Program-made: the position numbers and the translations under genes
Part shown: piece after piece, positions 37,152 to 47,402 of the stretch
Layout of the letters: the number at the start of each line of letters is the position of its first letter
Numbering within the stretch: position 1 is the first letter of the stretch
Source: an uncultured Candidatus Saccharibacteria bacterium
GTDB taxonomy: Bacteria; Patescibacteriota; Minisyncoccia; Phycocordibacterales; UBA9973
Assembly: GCA_964404925.1 (NCBI GenBank)
Contig: CAYOLW010000005.1
Span: 5,458-69,457, forward strand
DNA: 64,000 nucleotides
Reading direction: 5' to 3'
The notes under the pieces: model-generated
What the model was told of the DNA's origin: nothing
Databases searched by the model: none
Seen by the model: the letters and a program-made list of their open reading frames with translations, nothing else

Positions 37152-39528
37152 TTCCTAGTATCTGGCGCAGGATTTCTTCTGGGACTTCCTTTACTTTTTG
37201 ATTATTTTGAGGCTGTGCTGGTATTTCTTGTGATGCTTTTTCTTCGGGTTGTGGTTCTTCTTTTATTCCTGGTTTAGGTTCTTCCGTTACTGGCTCTTCG
37301 TATTTAACTGGTTCTGGTTCAATATCTGGAACACTAACTGGCTCAGGAACAAAAATATTTTCAGGTTCTTTTATAGGCTCTGGGGTGTAAATTGGCTCTG
37401 GCTCTTTTACCGGTTCTTCTAATTTTATTGGTTCTGCGATATAGGACACCTCTTCGACAATTTCAGGTTTTGATTCCTCAATATTTTTTTCTGGGATGAC
37501 TTCTTCTATTTCTTTCGCTACTTGGGAAGCTGCGATGAGATTCTTTAGTGCATCCATGCGGTCACCGCTTGCACTGCGGTCTGCTGGATTATTCTGCTTT
37601 ATTTCTTTTTCAATTGGTTTGAGCGCTGATAATGATATTGGGGCTGGTATCTCAACTTTTTCTTTTGGTGTTTCTTCTTTTATGTCACCTTTCTTTAAGG
37701 CCTGATCTAATGCGGATTTCAGAGAACTATTCTGTCCGGCTTCATACTGAGGCTTCTTGACCTTGGGGTCGCGGGGGGCAAAAGTTTTCTTGATGCCGGC
37801 GATAAATCCTGATTTAGGCGCATTGTTTTGATTTCTATCTTTCCAATTATTGTCTCTGTTTTGGTTAGGCGCGCCGGCTGGTTTATTGTCTTTAAAGGTC
37901 ATATCCCTCTTCTGCATATCACCAGTTTTAGGTTTATCATCAACTGCGCCGTCACTGGCAAATTCAATACCGAGGTCAGACAAGGGCTTGTAATACACTG
38001 CTTTGTTTTTAGCGGTATCGGACTCATTCTTGAGAGGTTTCAATTCTCCGGCTTTTATCTTGGTTATACAATCCTTACAATACACCGGTCGGCCAGGCTG
38101 CGGCTCGAAAGGCACAAAGGTGTCATTGCCGCAGACAGAACATTTTGCTTTAAATTTATCCCCTCCGGAACCAGGTCCACCGGATTTGCTCGTACCCGTA
38201 CCGCCTTCACTGGAAGCCACAGTGTTACTCCACTCGATTATTTCTACTTCGACTTCTTCACGGTTGCGGCAATACAAGGCGCGTGAACTTTCGATAACGG
38301 CCTTTTCTATTTCTTTGTTTACACTTTTAATAAGCGGGGGGATGGTCTTGGCAGAAAACGGGCGCGAGGTGATACCATCAATCATGAGTTTCAAATATAC
38401 CTTGTAGTTCGGCAAGTTCACAATATCCGATGGAGTGAACTCTGGATCAAATTCTTTTTCTAAATATTTAGTATCTTCGGCACCGGTACGGAAAATAATC
38501 ATCGTTCCTACGTTACCGAAAATAGAGTCACGCATGGATGAGCTTTCTTTGGTCACAAGCTGGGCTGTATACTGGTGCGCCACAGTGAGCGAGAGTCGAT
38601 ACTTACGAGCTTCAGAAAGAATGTTCGCAAAAGAATCTGTAACGAAGTTCTGGAACTCGTCGACATACAGATAAAAGTCTTTACGCAGGTCCTCGGGTAT
38701 ACGCACGCGCTCCATGGCAGCAAGCTGGATTTTCGTAATTAACATTCCACCAATCAATCGAGAGTTGTCCTCACCGATGCGACCCTTGGATACGTTCACG
38801 AGCAGAATCTTGCCTTGGTTCATGAGGTCGAAAATGTTGATGGTGCTTTTCTGCTGACCGACGATGTTACGGATAACGAAAGTAGAAAGGAATTGACCCA
38901 CCTTGTTCTGAATCGGTGCGATAGCTTCGTTACGAAATTTGTCCTGCCAGGCTTCATATTCATGCACCCAGAATGCCTTAATAACCGGGTCCTTCAAATT
39001 ACCAATAATCATCTGACGATAATCCTTGTCCACGAGCATACGGGTCACACCGAGGAGTGTTGTACCCGGAGTGTCGAGCAGCGCCAAGATGGTGTTGTTC
39101 AAAATATACTCCATACGAGCAGACCAAGCATTGGCCCAAATCTTGGTAAAAATACCCATGAGTCCGGATGCCACCAGGTGCTTGTGCTCAGGGTTTTCTA
39201 TTTCGAGCACGTTGAATCCGATATGGAAGTCTGTATCTGCTGGGTTGAAATACACCACGTCTTTGATACGCTCTGGAGGAATAGAAGAAAGAATTGTCTC
39301 CACGAGCTCACCGTGCGGGTCCACCACGCAGACACCTTCACCGTTGACGATATTCTGATAGACCATGTTGGTCATGAGCCCTGATTTACCAGTACCGGAT
39401 TTACCCAGGATGTACATGTGCTGACGGCGGTCCTTCCTCTTGATACCAAAGAGTTGGAATTGGTCACGATAGGTCGTGTATCCGATATATGTTATGTCCC
39501 GATTCTCCGGGAGACCTGGAATTGCCAT
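37144..39528 (-). CDS. VirD4/TraD-like ATPase with CxxC-x17-CxxC Zn domain and Pro/Glu-rich tail
   Basis: GKSGTGKS, VDPHGE, YVDEFQN, SEARKY; CSVC..VPFEP..GRPVYCKDC. Confidence 0.87.
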   Translation of the reverse strand: MAIPGLPENRDITYIGYTTYRDQFQLFGIKRKDRRQHMYILGKSGTGKSGLMTNMVYQNIVNGEGVCVVDPHGELVETILSSIPPERIKDVVYFNPADTDFHIGFNVLEIENPEHKHLVASGLMGIFTKIWANAWSARMEYILNNTILALLDTPGTTLLGVTRMLVDKDYRQMIIGNLKDPVIKAFWVHEYEAWQDKFRNEAIAPIQNKVGQFLSTFVIRNIVGQQKSTINIFDLMNQGKILLVNVSKGRIGEDNSRLIGGMLITKIQLAAMERVRIPEDLRKDFYLYVDEFQNFVTDSFANILSEARKYRLSLTVAHQYTAQLVTKESSSMRDSIFGNVGTMIIFRTGAEDTKYLEKEFDPEFTPSDIVNLPNYKVYLKLMIDGITSRPFSAKTIPPLIKSVNKEIEKAVIESSRALYCRNREEVEVEIIEWSNTVASSEGGTGTSKSGGPGSGGDKFKAKCSVCGNDTFVPFEPQPGRPVYCKDCITKIKAGELKPLKNESDTAKNKAVYYKPLSDLGIEFASDGAVDDKPKTGDMQKRDMTFKDNKPAGAPNQNRDNNWKDRNQNNAPKSGFIAGIKKTFAPRDPKVKKPQYEAGQNSSLKSALDQALKKGDIKEETPKEKVEIPAPISLSALKPIEKEIKQNNPADRSASGDRMDALKNLIAASQVAKEIEEVIPEKNIEESKPEIVEEVSYIAEPIKLEEPVKEPEPIYTPEPIKEPENIFVPEPVSVPDIEPEPVKYEEPVTEEPKPGIKEEPQPEEKASQEIPAQPQNNQKVKEVPEEILRQILGNE

Positions 39529-39580
39529 AGGGAAATTATACCCTGTAGTAGATTTTAGCGAAAGGCCTTTATTAGGTATT

Positions 39581-40012
39581 CTATTTGTGATTAATAGACT
39601 CTACCGCTGACTCTACTATTTTGCCTTTTTTAACTTTCAAAAACTCATTAACCACTGAAGGTTCTTTCCCATCTGCGGTTCTTTTATATTGCATATTAAT
39701 TTTATCTCCTACCACATCTAGACTGATAATTTCATAATACAGACCTGGAATATTATCAAAAGCACCCTGCCACCAGTCTCGCAAATCATTCTTTCCTTTA
39801 ATTATGCCTTTAGTTTCAGGAAACTTTTCTTTGAAACTAGGACTAAAATGTACAGCATCATCATGATATAAATCTAGAAGTTTATTTATATCTTTTGCAT
39901 TAAAAGCAACGAACCACTCTTGAGCGATAATTTTCAACTGCTCAACCCTCTTCTTTTCCTTTGCCTGATCTGCCCATTCTTTGGTTATTTGATCTAATCT
40001 TGTTTCTTTCAT
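39581..40012 (-). CDS. SnoaL/NTF2-like protein
   Basis: WFVAFNAKDINKLLDLYHDDAVHFSP, GK..LR.WW. Confidence 0.8.
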   Translation of the reverse strand: MKETRLDQITKEWADQAKEKKRVEQLKIIAQEWFVAFNAKDINKLLDLYHDDAVHFSPSFKEKFPETKGIIKGKNDLRDWWQGAFDNIPGLYYEIISLDVVGDKINMQYKRTADGKEPSVVNEFLKVKKGKIVESAVESINHK

Positions 40013-40021
40013 AGTAGTTAA

Positions 40022-40291
40022 TTATAACATTTTGCAAAATGACAAAACGTTCTTGCCTTGCTTAGTTAAATAATGTAATACATAGCGACCTTTGTATTGC
40101 TTTTGAATTAGCCCAGCATCTGCAAGCTTCCTCGCATGATCAGAAATAGTCATAAAATTAATATTTAAATATTCAGCAATTTTATCTACTGGTAAACCTG
40201 GTTTACTATTTACAAGTTCCAATATTTGAATCCGGCGATGATTGGCAAAACTTTTTACAACTTTCTCAATCTTTTTATATTGCATACTCAT
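40022..40291 (-). CDS. ArsR-family winged-helix regulator
   Basis: FANHRRIQIL, TISDHARKLADAGLI, G..V.H.LT. Confidence 0.85.
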   Translation of the reverse strand: MSMQYKKIEKVVKSFANHRRIQILELVNSKPGLPVDKIAEYLNINFMTISDHARKLADAGLIQKQYKGRYVLHYLTKQGKNVLSFCKML

Positions 40292-40329
40292 ATATAAATC
40301 ATACTTAATATTTTGTAATTTTGCAAAAT
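40029..40329. promoter_or_regulatory. Pair of 19-bp inverted operator-like repeats (40029-40047 and 40311-40329)
   Basis: ATTTTGCAAAATGACAAAA versus reverse complement ATTTTGCAAAATTACAAAA, one mismatch; each is next to a -10 box. Confidence 0.6.
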
Positions 40330-40338
40330 ATCTTAATA

Positions 40339-40686
40339 TTATTTTGTTAGTTTTTTATTAGACTTAGATTTTTTAGGTTTTGGTGGAGGCAGAGAGTCGG
40401 CGATGTTGCAGAGTATTTCTGCTAAGTTTTTAATGTGCGAAAGCTGGGATTCTTCTACCAGGTAATACGGCTTGGATCCGGGATAGGCTTCATCCTTCTC
40501 GCAAATCCCCTCCAACTCTGCGGATGCGGGGACAATCTTCACATACAATTGGTCGTCACAAATAAGGGCAACTACTTTGCCACTCGCATACAAAGCATAT
40601 TCACCAAACATTTTCCGCACCGAAAAAACCTCGGGTTGTCCTAGTTTTTCTAAAATGAATTCTACGGTTCCTTTCTGGGTGGACAT
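40339..40686 (-). CDS. TfoX/Sxy N-terminal domain protein
   Basis: RKMFGEYALY..GKVVALICDDQLYVK, YPGSKP. Confidence 0.88.
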   Translation of the reverse strand: MSTQKGTVEFILEKLGQPEVFSVRKMFGEYALYASGKVVALICDDQLYVKIVPASAELEGICEKDEAYPGSKPYYLVEESQLSHIKNLAEILCNIADSLPPPKPKKSKSNKKLTK

Positions 40687-40688
40687 TG

Positions 40689-41645
40689 TTAATTTTCTTT
40701 TAATTGACTAATAACGTAGTCAATCCAACTCTGATACCAGTACCACGTTTTTACAACCATAACACCAAAACCCTTGGCGGAATTTTTACCATCATTATTT
40801 TTCCAAAAAAGTGTGTGTTGGTGCATTCCAAAATTTTTAAAACCGGCTTCGTTTACAAATTTAATAACTTGAGTTGCAGAGAATTTCTTTTTTTCAGTTT
40901 CTTCCTTAACCCAATATTGTCTTGAAATATTTTTTGCTAAATCTGATTTAGGGTCAATAAATTCTATAACTCTGTCTGCCTGCCCTTTTCTTTTTGCTTC
41001 AACTTTTGTAAACAACAACCTATATGCGAATCTTTCGCTTCCAACCTCTCTTTCAGACAATTCATTATCAAACTTTGCAATATAAGATATTACGTTTTGA
41101 GGTATATAGTTCTCTTTGTCTTTTATAACCTTAGACTGTGAATAATCTAACTCTGAAAATTGGAGACTTAGTGCAAGATTGTTGTCCAAACCATACTTCT
41201 CGCCATGTAATTTTTTAAGATAAAAATTAAAATTTAAAGCACAAGCTTGATATCGCGCTGATAAGTATGAGTCTAGCGAACTAGCTTTTCTGTGTTCAAT
41301 TTGATTCCTTAATCCAATTAAAAATTTTAAATTATTTATAGTATCTTTATCAATAGGGCAACTAGGTTCTGATATACATTTACTTAAATCCCAATACCTG
41401 ACACTTCCGTCTGTATTAATTTTATATTTCTTTAACCTACCAATTCTTTCAAAATGCTTATAATCTATACCATTTGCCCTATAGTAGGCATGTAAAAGAT
41501 AAGTCCATGAGATTATAGAAAGAACAATAAAAGACTCAGTTTTGAAAGTAATTAACGGATTATTATAAATTTGAACAGCTGAAAGCATAGCTTCTCTAGC
41601 CTTTTTAATTAAATCTACTTTTTCCGAAAAAATCTTTCTTACCAT
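40689..41645 (-). CDS. DUF3644-like protein with an RxxxxH (HEPN-like) motif
   Basis: KAREAMLSAVQIYNNP..FK.ESF..L..I.WTYLLHAY; LRNQIEH. Confidence 0.7.
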   Translation of the reverse strand: MVRKIFSEKVDLIKKAREAMLSAVQIYNNPLITFKTESFIVLSIISWTYLLHAYYRANGIDYKHFERIGRLKKYKINTDGSVRYWDLSKCISEPSCPIDKDTINNLKFLIGLRNQIEHRKASSLDSYLSARYQACALNFNFYLKKLHGEKYGLDNNLALSLQFSELDYSQSKVIKDKENYIPQNVISYIAKFDNELSEREVGSERFAYRLLFTKVEAKRKGQADRVIEFIDPKSDLAKNISRQYWVKEETEKKKFSATQVIKFVNEAGFKNFGMHQHTLFWKNNDGKNSAKGFGVMVVKTWYWYQSWIDYVISQLKEN

Positions 41646-41662
41646 ATATTTATATATTATTT

Positions 41663-41686
41663 CAAAACCCCCTTGCGGGGGTTTTG
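41663..41686. terminator. Intrinsic terminator after dnaK
   Basis: CAAAACCCC-loop-GGGGTTTTG. Confidence 0.75.
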
Positions 41687-41689
41687 TTA

Positions 41690-43588
41690 TTACGCTTTAT
41701 TTTCGTCGTTTACGTCTGTTGCTTCTGCATCGCGGACTTCGGCTGGTTGTTCCTCGGCTGCGGTGCCTGGGTTTGGTTGTTCCCCTCCGGCCTTGGCCAT
41801 TACTTCACCAATCTTTTGCATTTCATTGGATAGTTCTTCTGTGGCCTTCTTGATAGCTTCCATATCGCCTCCGTCTTTGACAGACTTCAATGCATCGATT
41901 TTGCCTTGAACTCCACTTTTCACATCTTCAGGCAATTTAGCTTCATTGTCTTTCAAAGCTTTTTCCGCAGTATACATAATCATCTCTGCAGTATTCTTCA
42001 CATCTACCAATTCTTTCTTCTTCTTGTCTTCTTCGGCATGCAGCTCGGCGTCGGCCTGCATTTTCTTGATATCTTCTTCTTTCAATCCTGATGAAGCTTC
42101 GATTTTGATTGATTGAGATTTGCCAGAAGCCTTGTCTTTCGCAGTTACATTCAATATTCCGTTCACGTCTACATCAAATGAAACTTCCACTTGCGGGATG
42201 CCGCGTGGGGCCGGTGGAATACCGTCAAGGATGAATCGGCCGAGGGGTTTGTTGTCACTCGCCATTGGGCGCTCACCCTGCACGATGTGGATTTCTACGC
42301 TGGTCTGGTTGTCGGCTGCTGTAGAGAATACTTGGGATTTGTTGGCTGGGATGGTGGTGTTCCTTTCGATCAATTTTGTCGCCACGCCGCCTAAGGTCTC
42401 GATACCGAGTGACAGCGGAATAACATCAAGCAGCAGCACATCGCGCACATCACCTTGTAATACTCCTGCCTGCACCGCAGCACCGAGGGCCACAACTTCG
42501 TCTGGATTGATAGACAGGTTCGGACTCTTGCCGAAAACTTTCTTCACCTCTTCGACGATTTTCGGCATACGGGTCTGGCCTCCCACCATGATGATTTCGT
42601 TGATATCGTTCATGGTGAATCCTGAAGCCTGCATTGCACGCTTGGTTATTTCGATAGCTCGGGTTACGTATTCATCAGCAATAGATTCGAGTTGGGCTCG
42701 GGTCATTTTGAGCAGCAAGTGCTGTGGACCTTCGGCAGTAGAGGTGATGAACGGGATGTTGATTTCTGTCTCAATAGCTGTTGAAAGCTCAATCTTGGCC
42801 TTCTCGGCAGCTTCATCAAGTCTCTGCAGTGCAAGCTTGTCATTGCGGACATCTACTCCAGAAGTCTTCTTGAACTCTTCGGCAATCCATCCGATTATCT
42901 TGTGATCAATGTCACGTCCTCCCAGATGACTGTCTCCGTCGGTAGACTTAACTTCGATAACGTCATCGCCGATTTCAAGTACTGACACATCGAATGTTCC
43001 ACCACCAAAGTCGAACACCACAACTTTCTCATTCTTCTTTTTGTTGAAACCATAGGCCAAAGCTGCAGCTGTCGGCTCGTTGATGATACGCTTCACATCA
43101 AGTCCTGCGATAGCACCGGCGTCCTTGGTGGCCTTGCGTTGTGCATCGTTGAAATATGCCGGCACAGTGATGACAGCTTCGGTTATCTTTTCGCCAAGCT
43201 TGGCTTCTACGTCGGCCTTGATCTTGGACAATATCATTGCAGAGATTTCTTCTGGTCGCATCCATTTGTCTCCAATTTTTACTTCGGCACCACCGGTTGA
43301 ACCTTTTTGAATTTTGAAAGAAACATTTTGCAAATCCTTCTGCACTTCTGGATCTTCGAAATTGTGACCCATGAATCGTTTAATACCATAGACAGTATTT
43401 TCTGGATTAGTCACAGCCTGACGCTTGGCCAAAAGCCCCACTAATCGGTCGCCGTTTTTAGCAATCGACACGATGGACGGAGTGGTACGAGCACCCTCGA
43501 TGTTTTCAATAATTACCGGTGCACCACCCTGAATTACGGACACCGCTGAATTGGTTGTACCCAAATCGATACCTATTATTTTACTCAT
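41690..43588 (-). CDS. dnaK: Chaperone DnaK
   Basis: [32 protein letters not shown]. Confidence 0.98.
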   Translation of the reverse strand: MSKIIGIDLGTTNSAVSVIQGGAPVIIENIEGARTTPSIVSIAKNGDRLVGLLAKRQAVTNPENTVYGIKRFMGHNFEDPEVQKDLQNVSFKIQKGSTGGAEVKIGDKWMRPEEISAMILSKIKADVEAKLGEKITEAVITVPAYFNDAQRKATKDAGAIAGLDVKRIINEPTAAALAYGFNKKKNEKVVVFDFGGGTFDVSVLEIGDDVIEVKSTDGDSHLGGRDIDHKIIGWIAEEFKKTSGVDVRNDKLALQRLDEAAEKAKIELSTAIETEINIPFITSTAEGPQHLLLKMTRAQLESIADEYVTRAIEITKRAMQASGFTMNDINEIIMVGGQTRMPKIVEEVKKVFGKSPNLSINPDEVVALGAAVQAGVLQGDVRDVLLLDVIPLSLGIETLGGVATKLIERNTTIPANKSQVFSTAADNQTSVEIHIVQGERPMASDNKPLGRFILDGIPPAPRGIPQVEVSFDVDVNGILNVTAKDKASGKSQSIKIEASSGLKEEDIKKMQADAELHAEEDKKKKELVDVKNTAEMIMYTAEKALKDNEAKLPEDVKSGVQGKIDALKSVKDGGDMEAIKKATEELSNEMQKIGEVMAKAGGEQPNPGTAAEEQPAEVRDAEATDVNDENKA

Positions 43589-43703
43589 AATTTTATATTT
43601 TAAAGCCTTTTTGGCTTATTATTAATAATTAATTTAAAATTTGACTTGTTTTTCGCGTTCGCGAATTACTTGTCAAATAGAGTATATATGATAATATAGA
43701 AGC

Positions 43704-44222
43704 ATGTCAAGCAAAATTGATTATTCCAAGAAAATATTGAAGTCTTTGTCCGAAAAACCGGCAATTTCAGTAGAGACATTGAAGTCCAATCAAGACAAAA
43801 AAGCCTGCTATGCCATAGCTCGAGCGCTCAAGAACCTGGCAGAAAACGGTCTAATTGAAATTCATAAATCAGAGAATCGCGATTTCGTAAAAATCACTAA
43901 AAAAGGTAAAAGCAAATTAAACAGTATCAAACTCGAAGGTACAGATGCCCTGGTCCCAGGCGGATGGGACGGACTGTGGAGGATAATAATCCTCGACCTA
44001 GACGAGTCTCGCAAAAATGAAAGAGAAAGCCTGCGCTATCTACTGAAAAAAGCTGGCTTTGTATGTGTGAAAAATACGGTCTGGGTTTCCCCTTACCCGT
44101 ATGAAAATTTGTTTATGAATATCAAGAAAGACTTGGATCTATCTAATGAGATAATGATTATCGTCACAGATAAAATTGACCCAGAAACACAAAATATATT
44201 TTTTAGTGCGATGGTGAAATAA
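43704..44222 (+). CDS. PaaX-like regulator (winged helix plus Cas2-like central domain)
   Basis: ITKKGK, WDGLWRIIILD..E..K.ER..LR..LK..GF...VWVSPY. Confidence 0.8.
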   Translation: MSSKIDYSKKILKSLSEKPAISVETLKSNQDKKACYAIARALKNLAENGLIEIHKSENRDFVKITKKGKSKLNSIKLEGTDALVPGGWDGLWRIIILDLDESRKNERESLRYLLKKAGFVCVKNTVWVSPYPYENLFMNIKKDLDLSNEIMIIVTDKIDPETQNIFFSAMVK

Positions 44223-44223
44223 C

Positions 44224-44529
44224 CTATTCAATCTGCTCCCCCATCCAGGCCTTGTAGGCCCGATTCATCCGGCGAATATCCACCCCTGCAATCAAAGGAA
44301 TTGCATAGCTGTGATGCTGCGAAATTAATTCATTTACATCTTCTATTTTTGACTCCAGTGTTGTAATCATAATCATAGTCTGAGAAATTTCTTTAATCTC
44401 TCCTTCCCAACGATAGATAGAATGGACTGGCCAGAAATCAACACAGGCCCCCATCTTCTGCTCGATAATGAGTTTACCCAGAAGCTCTGCTTCTTCCTTT
44501 TTTTCACATGTAGTGTAAATAAATACCAT
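44224..44529 (-). CDS. cutA: Divalent-cation tolerance protein CutA
   Basis: YTTC, GACV, SIYRWEG, HSY.IP. Confidence 0.9.
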   Translation of the reverse strand: MVFIYTTCEKKEEAELLGKLIIEQKMGACVDFWPVHSIYRWEGEIKEISQTMIMITTLESKIEDVNELISQHHSYAIPLIAGVDIRRMNRAYKAWMGEQIE

Positions 44530-44532
44530 ATA

Positions 44533-45135
44533 TTATTCTTGTACTTTATATTCAAACAAATTCACTCGAGCAGCACGGATAACGCGATCACCTAATTTAT
44601 AACCTTTTTGAATTACCGCCGATATTGTGTGGTCATTTTCTTTTTTGTCAGTGCTCACCATGTCTACCGGTTCATGCAGATTATGGTCAAAAACATCTCC
44701 CACTTCACCAAAGGATTTAACTCCGTATTCTTCAAAAACATTTTGCATTTGAGAATAAATGTATTCCACCCCCGTGCGCCAACCAGCGTCCACCTTCTCC
44801 CAGGCCTCTTTGTTGGAAAAAGCCATGTTAAAGCTATCAGAGACGGTCAGAAAGCGTGATATGATGCGTTCTCGCAAAGATTCAGACATCATGGATTTTC
44901 TGTCTTCTTCCTGCTTCTTGTAATTCATAAATTCAGCCCGTTCCTTCTGCCATCCGGTCAAGTATTCTTCTTTTTCTTTTTTCGCCTGTTTTAGGTCTCC
45001 ACGCAGCTTCTTTAAGGTTTTCTTCAAGTCTTCTTCGCCGTCTTCGTTGTACTCGAATTCAACCACCTCATCCTCTGTTTCAGGGCTTAAATCTAATATA
45101 TTTTCTTGGTCTTTGTTATCTTGTTCGTCTTGCAT
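44533..45135 (-). CDS. grpE: Nucleotide exchange factor GrpE
   Basis: AEFMNYKK, FDHNLHEPV, QKGYKL.DRVIRAARV. Confidence 0.95.
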   Translation of the reverse strand: MQDEQDNKDQENILDLSPETEDEVVEFEYNEDGEEDLKKTLKKLRGDLKQAKKEKEEYLTGWQKERAEFMNYKKQEEDRKSMMSESLRERIISRFLTVSDSFNMAFSNKEAWEKVDAGWRTGVEYIYSQMQNVFEEYGVKSFGEVGDVFDHNLHEPVDMVSTDKKENDHTISAVIQKGYKLGDRVIRAARVNLFEYKVQE

Positions 45136-45148
45136 GAGTGCATTCTAA

Positions 45149-45181
45149 CAAAAAATCCCTTCTTGTGGAAGGGATTTTTTG
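45149..45181. terminator. Intrinsic terminator after rpsI
   Basis: AAAAAATCCCTTC-ttgtg-GAAGGGATTTTTT. Confidence 0.8.
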
Positions 45182-45191
45182 TTTTTGTTTT

Positions 45192-45602
45192 TTAACGTTT
45201 TGACCACTTTGGTGCCTTTCGAGCTTTCTTGAGACCGAACTTTCTTCGTTCCTTGGCTCGTGGATCACGCTTTAGGAATCCAAGGTCTTTGAGTTCACCG
45301 CGTAGTCCAGCATTTGATAGCACTAATGCTCGGGATAGACCGTGTCTAACTGCTTCAGATTGAGAATGCATTCCACCACCCATAACATGAACTTCAACAG
45401 ACCATTTTGATGATTTATCTTCGAGTTTAGTCAAAGGATCCATCACTAATGCTCGTTCTTCTTCTGTCTGGAAATACTCCTTAGAGTCTTTATCATTTAC
45501 AGTAAAAGAGTTCTTGGAAGCAGGAGTAATTCGTACTCGTGCAGTTGATGTCTTACGGCGACCAACTCCTTCAAAATATTTTTCTTTATCGTCTTTTGCC
45601 AT
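45192..45602 (-). CDS. rpsI: 30S ribosomal protein S9
   Basis: GRRKTSTARV, RDPRAKERRKFGLKKAR..SKR. Confidence 0.97.
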   Translation of the reverse strand: MAKDDKEKYFEGVGRRKTSTARVRITPASKNSFTVNDKDSKEYFQTEEERALVMDPLTKLEDKSSKWSVEVHVMGGGMHSQSEAVRHGLSRALVLSNAGLRGELKDLGFLKRDPRAKERRKFGLKKARKAPKWSKR

Positions 45603-45607
45603 ATTTA

Positions 45608-45973
45608 TTATTCTTCAACTGTTAAATTTTTCATCATTTCTCTGCGTAATTTGTTGCCTGGTAGCATGTGGTATACAGAAAGCTTCAAAAGCTCAGGGAA
45701 ACCTTTGGTCTGTACGGTTTCTTTTGCCTTGATAACTCGCAAGCCACCTGGGTGACCAGAATAACGAGTGTGGTAAATCTGTTCTAGCTTCTTAGCGGTT
45801 ATCTTAATTTTACCAGCGTTCAAAACTTTAACTGGAAAACCAGAATATGCTTCACGCTTGTAGGCTGCACTATTTTTACCCATCAGCAATGTAGCTACTT
45901 CAGTTGCTACACGTCCTAATGTTCGTCCTTTGGCATCTACTGTTATTTCTTTTTTCATTTCGGTTTTTTTCAT
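45608..45973 (-). CDS. rplM: 50S ribosomal protein L13
   Basis: VDAKGRTLGRVAT, LMGK, YSGHPGG, MLP.NKL. Confidence 0.95.
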   Translation of the reverse strand: MKKTEMKKEITVDAKGRTLGRVATEVATLLMGKNSAAYKREAYSGFPVKVLNAGKIKITAKKLEQIYHTRYSGHPGGLRVIKAKETVQTKGFPELLKLSVYHMLPGNKLRREMMKNLTVEE

Positions 45974-45977
45974 GGTT

Positions 45978-46331
45978 TTATACAAATTCAATTATTGCCA
46001 TAGGAGCCCCGTCCGACTTGCGTGGGTTAAGCTTTAAAACTCGTGTGTATCCGCCTTTTCGGTCAGTATAATTAACAGCGATTTTTTCAAAAAGCTTTTT
46101 AGTTTCTTTTGCTTTGTTTCCAAGTCTACTTGATATTACACGTCGATTAGCAACTGAATCAACCTTAGCACGAGTAACCATTTTTTCGATAAATGGTCGT
46201 AGCTCTTTTGCTTTAGCTAAAGTGGTTTTTATTTTACCTCGCACTATCAAATTAAGTGCCAAGGACTCCATTAGAGCTTCACGTTGATTCTTGCTTCGAC
46301 CAAATTTTCTTTTGTTGCTGTGGTGGTTCAT
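45978..46331 (-). CDS. rplQ: 50S ribosomal protein L17
   Basis: IKTTLAKAKELR, RKGGYTR, DGAPMAIIE. Confidence 0.97.
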   Translation of the reverse strand: MNHHSNKRKFGRSKNQREALMESLALNLIVRGKIKTTLAKAKELRPFIEKMVTRAKVDSVANRRVISSRLGNKAKETKKLFEKIAVNYTDRKGGYTRVLKLNPRKSDGAPMAIIEFV

Positions 46332-46353
46332 CCCGATATATATTTACTACTAA

Positions 46354-47340
46354 TTATTCTTTAAGCGAAAGGCCGAATTTAGTCAAACTTTTCTTAATTT
46401 CAGAAATTCCCTTTTCGCCGATACCCTCAAGGTCAAGCAAATCTTCACGCTTCTTGCGAGCAAGTCCGCCAAGTGTGCGGATGTTAGCTGCGGTCAAAGC
46501 ATTTAGGGTTCGAGTTGAAAGGTCAAGAGCATCAATTCTGGTCTTTAGTACATCAGTTAAATCATCCTTAGAATCTTTATCTTCATCATCTGATTCTGAT
46601 TCTTCTTTTCTGATTTTCTTCTCAGCAACTTCTTCGTGCATGTCAGATGTTTCTTTGAAGCCAACTACTGCCTTTAATTGCTCGATCATGGTTACGATTG
46701 AGTCAGTTAGGGCTTGACGTGGAGTCAATGTTCCATCAGTTTCGATCACTACTCGTAATCGGTTGTGGTTAGTATTGTCACCAACACGCATGTTTTCTAC
46801 TTCGTATGATACTCGACGGATTGGGGTAAAAATAGCATCAACAGCAATAGTGCCGATATCAACCTTTTCTTTTTGCATAACTTCCTTTGGAATAAATCCA
46901 AGGCCTTTTTCAATACGCAATTCAATATTCAAATTAATCTTGCCGGTTACTTCAGCAATGTATAAATCAGGGTTTAGAACTTCTACTTGACCTGAGGTCT
47001 CAATATCAGCCGCTGTGACAGCCTTTGGTCCTTTTACATTAAGTGTTACAGTCTGAGGTTCATCAGTTAAAAGCTTGAAACGAACTTTCTTTAGGTTCAA
47101 AATCAAAACGATCACGTCTTCTTTCACACCTTCAATGGTCTGAAATTCGTGACTTACTCCATCGATTTTAATAGAAACAATGCTCGCGCCTGGAATTGAA
47201 GAAAGAATAATACGACGCAAACTGTTACCAAGCGTGTGTCCATAACCCGGATACAGGCCGTCGATTTCAAATACCCCCTTATTACCCTCCTCTGTAACTA
47301 CTCGTGGTTTTGAAGGCAAGATGATTTTATACTCAGGCAT
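46354..47340 (-). CDS. rpoA: RNA polymerase alpha subunit
   Basis: GYGHTLGNSLRR, VDAIFTP, alpha-CTD LSTRTLNAL. Confidence 0.98.
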   Translation of the reverse strand: MPEYKIILPSKPRVVTEEGNKGVFEIDGLYPGYGHTLGNSLRRIILSSIPGASIVSIKIDGVSHEFQTIEGVKEDVIVLILNLKKVRFKLLTDEPQTVTLNVKGPKAVTAADIETSGQVEVLNPDLYIAEVTGKINLNIELRIEKGLGFIPKEVMQKEKVDIGTIAVDAIFTPIRRVSYEVENMRVGDNTNHNRLRVVIETDGTLTPRQALTDSIVTMIEQLKAVVGFKETSDMHEEVAEKKIRKEESESDDEDKDSKDDLTDVLKTRIDALDLSTRTLNALTAANIRTLGGLARKKREDLLDLEGIGEKGISEIKKSLTKFGLSLKE

Positions 47341-47402
47341 ACTTATTTAAAAAATTTATCTAATAATGTTCCGCTTTTTTATAGCGGAAATAAAATAATA
47401 TA

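Noticed and set aside
42120-42905. 261-aa ORF antisense to dnaK, and other antisense ORFs
   Set aside because: Shadow frames of well-supported genes on the opposite strand.
43704-44222. Cas2 / CRISPR locus
   Set aside because: Winged helix plus WDGxWR marks a PaaX-like regulator; no array or other cas genes.
43589-45190. CIRCE/HrcA control of the chaperone genes
   Set aside because: No TTAGCACTC-N9-GAGTGCTAA seen; the inverted TTGAC boxes near 43640-43680 fit divergent -35 elements.
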